A DNA stretch of 64,000 bases from Macrostomum lignano (GCA_002269645.1 NIVC01000521.1:372001-436000); one strand, 5' to 3'. Numbered from the stretch's first letter, positions 11,837-22,202 are shown. A program made the numbers and translations. The notes: generated by a model not told the origin, from the letters alone.

Positions 11837-12363
11837 GCACTAATGGGGAGAGGGCAACACAGAGCAAGCCTGGGGAACACGTCAACTTATACTTTGTGGG
11901 TTAATAAATACGCGTCTTATTCCGAAAGAAGCCGCAGACTACTGGAGTGAAATTTTTTAACTATAACTAGTATTATACTCAAGTACACTCATGTACTATA
12001 CATTTTGATAAGGCAGTAGTTTCAAATAATATAATTTAACAATATGTCGAGTGTTACGGGCCTTCCGGTGTTTGTCTGACTTTCTGAAAAAATGCGAACG
12101 TAATAAATTTAGTGAGTTTTATTACAGGATTTGTCGCAGGACTATTTAAATATATCGAACAACGCCACCTTTTGCTCACCTTTATGGTAGAACCAGATTC
12201 AGGAGTATTTGCTGGGTCAGTACACAAGCAGGCCAAGTAATCTTGAATATGTTTTCTGATAGCAAAGCTCCTGGGAATGTAAGTTGGCTGAAAGCTGTGC
12301 ATGGCAGTCCTGACATCGAAGAATATATGGCCACCGACGAAGATCCCTTGGTAGACTTTTTCA

Positions 12364-13422
12364 TCACGAGCTCCTTTTTTGACTTTCTCGAAAAGCTCTT
12401 TCCTTCCTTTCAACACTACACACCATTGTTTTGAATATGTCACATTCATTGACTCCTGTCGACTGCATGCCACTCAAGCGCCAAAACTGCACCCTTTGCT
12501 CCTTGCAGCGTTTCCCGTCACAGTTGTAAATAATTGCTGTCAGCACTCTTCCCTCCGTCGGTTGACACGGCTGGCACTTTTCCGCTAAGCCTCGAAGCAT
12601 TACTGAACTTGATGCGGGGCTTGAGTCCATGGAGCTGTCGCCTCGCGAGTAGTGTAAGATGTCGCTCTGCCTGTCCGAGTAAGTTTTCACCGATGCTAGC
12701 AGAGATTTCCGGTTTTTATAGCGATCCGATTCCGATTCATGCAGCGAGAAGTCATACTGTATCTCGATTTGCTTATACCGCTTGTATCTGAAGCCGATCG
12801 GAGCCACCTCATTTCCTGTGTCATCACTAAATGGAAAACGCTCGTGGCAGCACGTTTCAATGAGGCAGAGATACTCGCTCAGTAGTGTTTCTGGGTTGAG
12901 TTTTGCCTTTTTATTAAGGCTAGATACTTCAGAAACTTTTCGCTTCATAGCAAAGAACTCCACCAGGCATGGAATTTCAATGCATGCATTGGCTTTCACA
13001 ACTGAATCAAGTGAACCAGCTGCATCACAAAGGGTCAGGTAGAGAAGCGCATTGTGCACAGGCTCGTTTTTCAGAGCCCGCGACGGCTCCAAGAAAATTT
13101 TTCCCAATTCTGCATCGGGATCAACAAAAATTTCCCAGGACTCCTCCTTCGGTGATTTTGATACTCGGTGTTTAGATGTGCGATTTGGTCCTGGCTGTGT
13201 TTCTGAACTCGGTTCGCAGGCAAAGCGCAGTAACTCATAGATGCAGTCTGAGTAGCGGTCCTTGCCTTCTAAGTTCAGCCCACTGTAGCATAGTGTTGTC
13301 AGCAAAGCCAGCCGCAGCCTCAGCCGATGCAGCTGACTCGGCAGCAGGCTCTTTCTGATGCTCACTTCTTTGGTTAACTTTGTCAGAAAGAATTCGGCGA
13401 TCCAGTTTTGGAGTTCCTCAGC
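12364..13422 (-). CDS. 3' portion of an orphan protein gene (exon 3 onward; frame continuity uncertain)
   Basis: Acceptor ttttcag| at 13423/13422 continues exon 2 in frame (AEELQNWIAEFF...). A +1 overlapping 333-aa frame runs to 12364, and a further +1 frame (VVLKGRKELFEKVKKG...) runs to a donor-like AAG|GTGAGC at ~12180. Confidence 0.5.
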   Translation of the reverse strand, partial: AEELQNWIAEFFLTKLTKEVSIRKSLLPSQLHRLRLRLALLTTLCYSGLNLEGKDRYSDCIYELLRFACEPSSETQPGPNRTSKHRVSKSPKEESWEIFVDPDAELGKIFLEPSRALKNEPVHNALLYLTLCDAAGSLDSVVKANACIEIPCLVEFFAMKRKVSEVSSLNKKAKLNPETLLSEYLCLIETCCHERFPFSDDTGNEVAPIGFRYKRYKQIEIQYDFSLHESESDRYKNRKSLLASVKTYSDRQSDILHYSRGDSSMDSSPASSSVMLRGLAEKCQPCQPTEGRVLTAIIYNCDGKRCKEQRVQFWRLSGMQSTGVNECDIFKTMVCSVERKERAFRESQKRSS

Positions 13423-13522
13423 CTGAAAATATTTACAAATTCATGGATTTCCACATGCACAGAAAATTTTATTCCACCTGAACTCATGAACCTTCTGCAC
13501 TGCAGTGAAGCTGAGCACTTAC

Positions 13523-13556
13523 CTGTTTATTAGGTTCCGTGTGTTCTTCGTTGTAG
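13523..13556 (-). CDS. 34-bp exon 2 of the orphan gene
   Basis: tttcag|CTACAAC...AAACAG|gtaagt. Its phases (2 in, 0 out) join exons 1 and 3 in frame. Confidence 0.65.
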
Positions 13557-13662
13557 CTGAAACGTCAAGATATCAAAATTTTCAGTATGCATGATCTCTT
13601 AATTGCATTCTAATTTTCAGTATGACAGCAATCGCTGTGTTGCATTTATAAATCAGACTTAC

Positions 13663-14618
13663 CTGAAGAAACAAAGTGTAGCAGCGCAGGGAATGAGAAC
13701 GAACTGAACAATTTCTGTTTGATCTTCTGTCGATTGATTTTCCTTGCTCTTGTCACCAAGACGTTTCACAACTTCAATTAAAGGTGCTCCATAAAGCTGC
13801 TCAGCCGGCAGCTGGTGTATTTTTAGTGATTCGGAGTAGAGATGCTCTTCGGCTCGTTCTTTATAGGTTTTAGCCAAATCGATATAGGTGTCCGTCTCGT
13901 CATAGAGCAAGCAAATCGGCCTCTTGTCCAGAGCAGGCACTTTTTTAGGTATTGCTCTGCTGCACTCAATCATGGTACCAAAGGTCAAGACATTCCCGTG
14001 ATTTACCTTCTGTGGGTCATTCGACTGCATGAGCTTTGCACAGAGCAGGCCAAACCAGGCCAAAAACTTCTTCATTTTTTCACCATTTTTTCCAGAGAAA
14101 ATGTCGACAATAGTGTTTTGTTTGCAATTTATCACAATTTCCTTACATTTTCCTGTGTAAAAAAGCCGCAACGCCAAGTTGCACAGATCGTTGAGCAAAA
14201 CGGTGGTCTTGGCTCGGTCTTTTTCACTTGTTCTGTCGTAGTTATTTACACTCAGTGTATATATGCATAGTGGATGGAGGGGAGCCATCCAGTGAGTCGC
14301 GAAAGTCTTAGATTTAGATCCTCGGGAGAAAGTTTTCTGGATCTCCTTTTCAGTTTTGCATCGCTCGGCCTTACCATTTTCAGGAGGCTCGCAAGCAATA
14401 ATAATAATCTTGTCGTCAGCAGCTCCTTGATCGAAGGAAACTGCCAATCGTTCAGCTTTAATTCCGGTAGCATTCCTTGTTCGGTTACACACTGCACCAT
14501 TTCCGAGTGCTAGCAGTGATCGAATTCTCAATTCTTGGGCTCTCCGTATCTGTTCTGAGGCTCTCTTGCTGTCAGCAACTTCTTTTGATTCAGCCATGAA
14601 CTTTTTACGCCTATTCAA
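13663..14618 (-). CDS. Exon 1 of an orphan protein gene (319 codons), divergent from ankyrin copy B
   Basis: ATG-initiated open frame of 956 bp ending at a consensus CAG|GTAAGT donor. No family recognised with confidence. Confidence 0.7.
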
Positions 14619-15017
14619 CTATATGTATTTCTTTTGCTGGAATTTCCAAACCTAGTTTAGACTGCAAATACATGAAGCTTTAAAGTGTTTTAAGATGCTG
14701 GGTTTTACGAGCTAATTGCGTGGCAGGAATATATGCATGTTTGGATGGATGAACTAGCTTTCATTGGATGGATTCCGTGTTGACTGACTGGATTGATTCT
14801 GCCGAATTAAACCTGGCAAGAAAGCATTTTCGAATATACGAGGCGTATTTCAAGAAGACTAGCTCATAGTTTCCTCCAGTCTAGGAGTGTACATGCAGTG
14901 CATTCTTACTTGGACAGGAAATATAATATTAATTTAGCCAGCAACTTCTACACCCATCATCTATCTCTGGTAGTTCAGTGCGCTATTCCACTGTGTTTTG
15001 GCTAAAATTTTCGGTTC

Positions 15018-15698
15018 ATGGCATCCGCAGATAGTACCAGTGCTGAAGCCGACGTTTCAAATGTTGAAGCAGAATCAAAGAGAAAAGCCGAACTAGAAGC
15101 CGTGTGTGTGATGGCAGCCGAAGGGTCTCTCAGAGAGCTGAAGTTGAAGATTGAAAGCGGAGCGACGATCGACCGCTTCATGAAAGAGACGATCGATGGA
15201 AGAACGGCGCTACACTGCTGCGCAGCAGCATCGGTGACAGAAGTTCTGGTGAGCACTCAGCTGCACACCAGAATTGCTGAAATTCTGCTCCAAAACGGTG
15301 CTGACGCTTTCGCCCGGGACAAGGATGGCCGATCTGCCCTACACCTGGCTGTGATGTCGTCCAACCCGAGCCTGGTAGACCTGCTACTGACAGCACGTCC
15401 TGGCAATCCGAACATCCAGGACATTCGTAGATCTTGGACTCCATTGATGTATGCTGCCAAATGCAGATCATTGACAATAACAAAACTTCTTCTGAAGAAC
15501 GATGCGAGACACGACATCGCCGACAAGAACGGAAACACTGCTCTCATCATCGCGGCAGAGAACCGCAACACGGAAGTTTTCAAACTGCTCGTGAAGCGCG
15601 GTGCAGACTTGGATCACCGCAACAACAGTGGCGATTCAGCAAAGAGCATTGTCTCCGATCAAAGATGGGAACCCATGAAGAAATGGATTCAAGAGTAA
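15018..15698 (+). CDS. Ankyrin-repeat protein, copy B (4 full repeats plus a partial one, 226 aa)
   Basis: GRTALH, GRSALH, SWTPLM, GNTALI and GDSA.. repeats with NGAD/RGAD turns. Confidence 0.85.
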   Translation: MASADSTSAEADVSNVEAESKRKAELEAVCVMAAEGSLRELKLKIESGATIDRFMKETIDGRTALHCCAAASVTEVLVSTQLHTRIAEILLQNGADAFARDKDGRSALHLAVMSSNPSLVDLLLTARPGNPNIQDIRRSWTPLMYAAKCRSLTITKLLLKNDARHDIADKNGNTALIIAAENRNTEVFKLLVKRGADLDHRNNSGDSAKSIVSDQRWEPMKKWIQE

Positions 15699-15959
15699 GT
15701 TAAAAAGGACTCGTGTGCTTTTTAGATCACAAAGACAAACAAAACTAAAACTCGGAAAACAACTAACTTTTCATGCAGGTATCTTCGTCTCGCTAACAAT
15801 CAGGAGATGGTAAGTTATCTATCATGCCTTTTCAAGTGAATATTAAACGCAGAAGGCAAACAGACTATATAGGAAAAGAAAGAGAGCCTTAAAGCGTTTG
15901 GCTTTAAGCTACTCTTCCTCTAATCGACTACATCAGTAATCGTTTAGCTGGGGTACGAA

Positions 15960-17520
15960 CAACAACAACAAAAAAACAACAGCGAGTCATAACAGGCAAA
16001 GATAATGCTGCAGAGCACGTTTCAGGGCCTGGGTGCGAACGTACGAGCTAGTCCGGGGGATCGGCATCAGCCAGAAGGCACGGCGCGGATGATGCGGCCT
16101 GCCAACTGGAGTCGCCGACGGCGCAAAGGTTTGCTCGGACCAGACAGGTCGGTGCGGCTGTGTCCACTGGTGGCGGTGACTCGCTCGTAGCCGATTTTGA
16201 AGGCCAGCTTGCGCCGCATCGATCTCCTGTTCGAGCAAGTCCGTCGGCGTCCAGGTTTCGGCGTTGCACCAGACCGCTGAGGTATACGAACTGCTGACAG
16301 TGGGGAAGCTTTCTGACCTGCCCGTCAGGGCCTGGCAGAAAACTGCAGTCTTGATGTCGTCTGGCACACAGAGCACGACGGTCTTCTTCGTGATATCCAT
16401 CAGACCGACGCCCGCCGCAACGCTCACCAGCTGGTCCAGCTGTCGCTGGGTGCCATCGACGGTCAAGGAAAAGCATGCTGAGCCGCCTCTCTGGTTTGCG
16501 TCGACCCACGCATCACTGCAGCAGGAAGCCGTCGTCGTTAGAAGGGAGAGCAGTCCGCAGCACCCAGTCAAGCACCAGGACGTACAGGAACGACGCAAGC
16601 GTATCTCTCTGAAGCATCCCAGAGGATGTCTCAAAGAAATCTGACGGGACTTCCGGTGTCAGCACAGAAGCGCTGGTGTGCCATATAGCGCCTTGACACA
16701 AAAAACCTGCTGTTCTGGCACGTACAGCCCTCACGACCGAGTCGAAAGCCTTCCTGAAGTCAATAAAGAGAGTAATCAGGTTTGACTAGTGGGTCTGCAC
16801 CCTTCCTCGATAATTCAGCGAAGAGCCAGGATATGTACCACTGTGCCGCGATGGAGTTCTGCTCAGGCCGCAAATACGGATCCAGCACGGGGCTGAAACC
16901 GCGATAGCATCATTCGGTCGAACAGCTTTGTATAGCACGAGGCAGATGCCTCGGTGCTCTTCAATCCGTGCGGTGCCCGGCTTCTTCGGAATAACGACAA
17001 TGTGCGCTGTGGTCCATTTGATATGTGCCGCCTCGCCGAAAAGCAGGCGGTTCATCACACTGGTGACCTCGCTGGCCACACAGTGGAGTCGCAGCACCTC
17101 GTTCGGACCCAGCGCTTTGCCGCCTGGAGTATCACAACGTCGGCTCCTTTTTTGCGGGCAACGGCGTCCCCGGCGGCAGTCTCCGATCGTTTGGCAGCAG
17201 GGGCGATGGTGCGTTGATAATGACGGCGAAGAACTCTCGCAGCTCATTTGGAGTGTCGTCAGCCAGGTTGAGCGGGATGCGCGGCTTCCTCACGGTCAGA
17301 GCGTTGATGACAGACTAGGCTACGCGCCCTTTGGCGTCGGGTCCAGCGGCTTGTTGGTGCGGCAGTTGACGGCGCTCACGAAGACGCACAAGCACGTAGT
17401 CGAGCTTCCTCCTGCAGCCCGCGAAGGTCGGAAGTCTGTCAGGCTTGAGTTGAGCTTCGCTCGCCTCGGGACCATTAAATGCACCCTCGGACATTCTAAC
17501 CACAGAATGTAAATTAAACG
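15960..17520 (-). mobile_element. Degenerate 5'-truncated non-LTR retrotransposon (RTE-like; endonuclease tail plus RT)
   Basis: KLDYVLVR (APE end), WTTAHIVVIPKKPG..EEHRGICL, LITLFIDFRKAFDSVV and SGMLQRDTLASFLYVLVLDWVLR, all in broken frames. (GTT)n-like 3' tail at ~15960-15980. Confidence 0.85.
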
Positions 17521-18518
17521 GCATTTATTATTTACAGATCCTGTGCTGTGGCAAGACAGAGTCAGACAGAACCTTAGACATTCAGTGCTGGTTCCTTATC
17601 TTTACAATTGGCGTGGCCTCATGAGGTAAAACTCGTTTCCATTCCAGATTGCTAATTATAGAACTCCTTGACATGGAGTCTCGTGTTGGTTGACTAAAGT
17701 ATGGAGTGCATGTAATTTCCTCCATGGACTAAAGTTGCATTTAGATTGTCAAACACGATACTAAAGCATCACAAGCTGGAATATCGAACTGATGATTATT
17801 GCGCTCCTTTACATGCTTTCAGCCTCTTACGGTATGCTAAAACACAGAAAAGTTTATTTTACGAGCTACGAAAGCACGTGCTAACTAAACAAAATTAACG
17901 TAAACAAATCTGAACGAATATGATTCATTGTACGAGTACAAACCAGGAAAAATGCGCTAAAGTGAAAGGCACAAATTGGGAGGAGAGAAATTCCTTATTT
18001 GGAAATTTGTTATGAAATGAAGGGCACAGGAGAGTTGCAAATTTTAGCTTAACAAATTCAGACGATAACAGCTATAGCAAAATTTTATTGCATGCTGCTG
18101 ATGCGATATCTTTCCATGGGTGTGATTTACAAGCACCATGTGTTTTATAACTCTACGTAGCAACTACTACAATACAAAAGTAGCAGAATTACGCCCTTAA
18201 CAGTACGACAATTTATTCTATCATCTTGTCGAACTTTTTGCTGCACCAGAACGGAACAACGCATGCAGACCCTTTCCCCCGCCAAAACAACAAGACATTA
18301 ATCGATTATGCCAGAATGATGCGGAATGCAATTTTTCTTTAGCAATACAGGCATTTGGATTTTACGTCTATGCGCTCTACTGCTAGTAGTAGCACGAATC
18401 GGATTTTCTTTTATTTCCAGATCTGCATTTTAGTTGTGCACCAGGTAGCAAGCGGTGAATTTCTTAATACAAGCTACAATGATTTTAATGCAACGTCTAT
18501 TATTGTTCTGTACCGTTA

Positions 18519-19393
18519 TAGGCAGCGCAGTGTTTGGCGACACACACAAAAAATCGGTTTAGAAAATCATTCGGAGACATCTCCATGTATCTGAGTTTCT
18601 TCAATTAGCCGGGCGCGGCACCCAGCAGCGGTGCTCAGGCGCCGCCGATCTCTGTGTGTCCTCAATCTCTAAGGCGAGGGGCCCGCATATTCCATATATA
18701 TATAGATATAAATATAGCCGCATGCTCCCAGTCTTTGAAATCGGAGATTCCCAATTGAACCTGCATGCTGCGCCACGGTCGGGTTGCTCTTTGGCAGATC
18801 GAAAGATCGCCGACTTAAAGACCTCTCGGAGGGGAGCCCGCATGTGGGAGGTGGGGGTGGACAGGATTCGATAGAAAAAATCGGTGAACAGCATCATGGG
18901 GTATTAAGCTGGCATGCATCGAAAAACACAAACTGTTGCCTTGATGAAATAGCCGCTATAATGTGCCGCAAGCAACCCACCCCCCGCGGTGCGCCACTGC
19001 CGCCTCGTTTGAGTTGCTTCTTCGTTCGCGCCACCCGCTGTCGGCCTTCCCCAATTTCGTTTCTTCCCAGATTTTAATCGGGGATCTTAGTCTTAAGCTC
19101 ATTAAACCCGAGCCGGTGCACTGACAGTTTAACAAATTTATCATTGGAAGACTGAAGAAGCTTTATTTTAGCGAAATTTTTTAAGAACCAAAGCGTGGAG
19201 ATTTAGTGAATTGGGCGGACGTGCATCTCTTTTTGTTATTATTGTATAGTTACGGTTGCTATGCCAACGGTACTTCCATCTATATTTCCAACTGGGAGCA
19301 GGCATGAGGGGAGAATTATTACAAAACTATGAATTGCGGTAGAAAAATTGTTTGCAAAGCAAAAACTAACTTAACACACAGGGCGCACACGCA
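18519..19393. repeat. ~875-bp dispersed repeat, copy A (empty site for the mariner)
   Basis: Near-identical reverse complement of 49235-50040 plus 51361-51431. Single TA at 18588-18589 where copy B has the mariner. Confidence 0.92.
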
Positions 19394-19464
19394 TGAGGTG
19401 CATAAAAATCACACTATACATACTCGCAGTACACTCTGGCGTTTGTTTTTCCCCATTATTTCAG

Positions 19465-20892
19465 GCAGACACAAAACGCTTGTGCAGATTGGCCAGCAAA
19501 GGCGAACACGAAGCTATGGGAAATTTGCTCCGAAACAAGCCGTCAATTGTAAGCAGCAAATACCCGCTTTACTCAGACCGCAGCGCTCTGCTGTGCGCCG
19601 CAGCAGCTTCAAAGCGCCACTACTCCCAGGGCGGTGAGGATCACACGAAATGTGCTGAAATCCTAGTCAGGTTTGGAGCTGATCTGAACGGCCAAGACTC
19701 CAAGTCTAACACGGTCCTGCACCTCTCAGTGAAGTCCAAAAATGATTCTTTGCTCAAGTTTCTACTTGGAAAAGATGTCAGAGTTGCTGACAAACGGAAT
19801 AGTGACAGCAGCACTCCGCTTATGCTTGCCGCCGAATTCGACTACGAACAGCACGCGGAACTCCTGCTTGAGCACGGTGCGAGAACTGGCTCTGTAGACG
19901 AATTGTTTTATCACGCAGCAAAAGAGATTGCAGAATCTGAAGGAAGCGAACGGGTGCTTGAAGTCATGCGCAACTTTGACCAAAGGCAAAGGGAAAAAGA
20001 GAAAGTGAGGGACAGAGAATATTTTTGCGGAGCACAAGTACCTCGATTTGAAAATATTTTTGCTGGCATTCAAGGATGCATTCATCAGATCACACATGAA
20101 GCAAATACAATTCGAAACAGCGTAAGCCATGCAGTGCAAGAAAGCTATGAAATCTATATGGAAATGCCAGCATATTTCGACCACAATGCACAGCCACTTC
20201 GGAATGTTTTGACAGAAGCAGAAAGGCTGGGAAATGTGTTTCACGAGAAGTGCGAACGCTTGTCACAGCGGTGGGCACCAGTGGAACAGAAGGTGCTGCA
20301 ATTGCTCGGACGTCCGCAATTAATCAACAAGACCGATGTACTGAAGTCTATCAGTGACCTGAGAGAATGCATTCAATCGGCCGATGAGTGCAAACACAGC
20401 CTCTCACAACTGAAAGAAAAACTGTCAGACGCCGCTCGCCTCAGTCGAGAACTGGCGGAAAAGTGTCGAAAGGAAAGCAGTGATGTTAACAAGCGGAGAG
20501 AGGAAAGGAATCAGGAGATCAGGAATCAGGAATCAGGAACCAGGAATCAGGAGAGAGGAATCTGGAAACAGGCATTAATTGCCGGCGCAGTTGGTGGAGC
20601 TGTAGGAGGCCCTTTAGGATTAATTGCTGGGCTGTGGTTAGGATCTGAAGATGCTGCTACGAGTGCTACGAGTGTGAGTGCAAGACATGTGGATGCACAA
20701 AGTTCAAACGAAGATCGAGATTTAGACCAGAGAAGACTTGAAGCGCTAAACAAATGCGCAGAACAAGCCGACCAACTCGAAAGAGACTTACGGTTCTCGA
20801 TAAACGACCTATCCGAAAGTACTGCTCCAAACATCACCAGCAAGTGCTCTGAGGCCCTAGAAGTGTTGGAACAGCTGGCTTCAAAGTTTTAA
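19465..20892 (+). CDS. Ankyrin repeats + coiled coil + glycine-zipper hydrophobic segment protein
   Basis: RSALLCAAA, SNTVLHLSV and SSTPLMLAA repeats share the AAAS-x9-HT..AEIL insertion with copies A/B. Helical middle; AGAVGGAVGGPLGLIAGLWLG. The strong acceptor gtttgtttttccccattatttcag| at 19464 suggests the ORF-track N-terminus (19393) is intronic. Confidence 0.8.
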   Translation, partial: ADTKRLCRLASKGEHEAMGNLLRNKPSIVSSKYPLYSDRSALLCAAAASKRHYSQGGEDHTKCAEILVRFGADLNGQDSKSNTVLHLSVKSKNDSLLKFLLGKDVRVADKRNSDSSTPLMLAAEFDYEQHAELLLEHGARTGSVDELFYHAAKEIAESEGSERVLEVMRNFDQRQREKEKVRDREYFCGAQVPRFENIFAGIQGCIHQITHEANTIRNSVSHAVQESYEIYMEMPAYFDHNAQPLRNVLTEAERLGNVFHEKCERLSQRWAPVEQKVLQLLGRPQLINKTDVLKSISDLRECIQSADECKHSLSQLKEKLSDAARLSRELAEKCRKESSDVNKRREERNQEIRNQESGTRNQERGIWKQALIAGAVGGAVGGPLGLIAGLWLGSEDAATSATSVSARHVDAQSSNEDRDLDQRRLEALNKCAEQADQLERDLRFSINDLSESTAPNITSKCSEALEVLEQLASKF

Positions 20893-22202
20893 ATGACAAA
20901 AATTGATGAAAAAACCATTAAAAAACAATACGAAGTAAAAATCAAGCAAGTAAAAATCAATTACTTTTTTCTATAAAAATTACATAAAAATTATTTATGT
21001 AACAAAAATATTACATAACTATCAATATTTAATGACTAATTTCCCTAATTATATTTCCCCAATAAAACTTCATATTTACAATATACTCTGATAAATCTTA
21101 AATTCGCATATAATTTTTTTTGGATAGACCTTTGACAAAAAACTATGCTAATTAGCTAATTTATTTCATTTATACAGGTGAATCTTAATTTTTAAAACTT
21201 CAAGTAGTATTTTACTTTGTAGTAGTATTCTGTACTTTACTCAAGTGTTTTCAGAAATTTTCTGCGTGTAAACCCTATTCTATTTTTAAACTTTTGACTC
21301 TCTCGTAAACTCTCGTGAAATACACCTGAAAATTACTGATATACAAGTACACAACTTTCATCTATAAATAATAAATATGGAAAAGTACAAATCAACAATA
21401 GATATAAATGATTATTTAAATCAACAGATGGACGTTAATGACTTATTATTTTACTCCATAATCAGACTAAGAGCCATCAATTTGCATTATTTAATCAAGT
21501 TTATTTTCACCAACCAGAGTTATGACAATTCTATGAATAGACCAAATCATGTTTATGCAATGCAACATGCGAGGACAGTGCCATCAAGCAGTATATAAGT
21601 TCAATAGTCCTTGATGCAGCAATTTGAAAGGGTTGATAAAAGCAGCATTTTCAGGGCCAATAGTTTGTAGACATTTTTTGGGAATAAAAAATCCCCTTAT
21701 GAAAAAAGCATTGTTTTTTATTGTGAAGCAACTTAAAATCAGGCATTACTACTGAGCATCAGGGGCGAGTATAAGTAGTATGATGATTGCAAAAATCTCC
21801 ACTCAACCAGCTTTCGGATTAAAGGAATCCTTAAACATACTTTGAAGCAAAATATTTTTGTATTGGCGCTGATAAATTTGAAAAAGACAACAGATGGATA
21901 GAGCAGGACATTTGCGAAGCAGCAAGCAAAGGTATATAGGAGACGTCCCATGTTCGATTCCCTAGAGAGGCCACACAGACTATATAATGACACAAACTTA
22001 ACACAAAGATTTTTCACATTCGTAAAAATAAATTAAATTAAATTAAATTAATTAACTGACTGACTACGTTTTGCCTTTGTTGGTTCGACTGTTGTTGCTA
22101 TGTCGTAACAGGAAGCCCTTAAAAGGGCCGTTTTACTAAATAACTAATAGGGATATCGAGGCACCACAATTCTCACGCTTAAATTGAGGGCCAACCCTCA
22201 TG

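Noticed and set aside
19393-19464. Signal-peptide-like N-terminus of the 499-aa ankyrin ORF
   Set aside because: It is the translation of a polypyrimidine tract and acceptor, and its ATG straddles the edge of a dispersed repeat.
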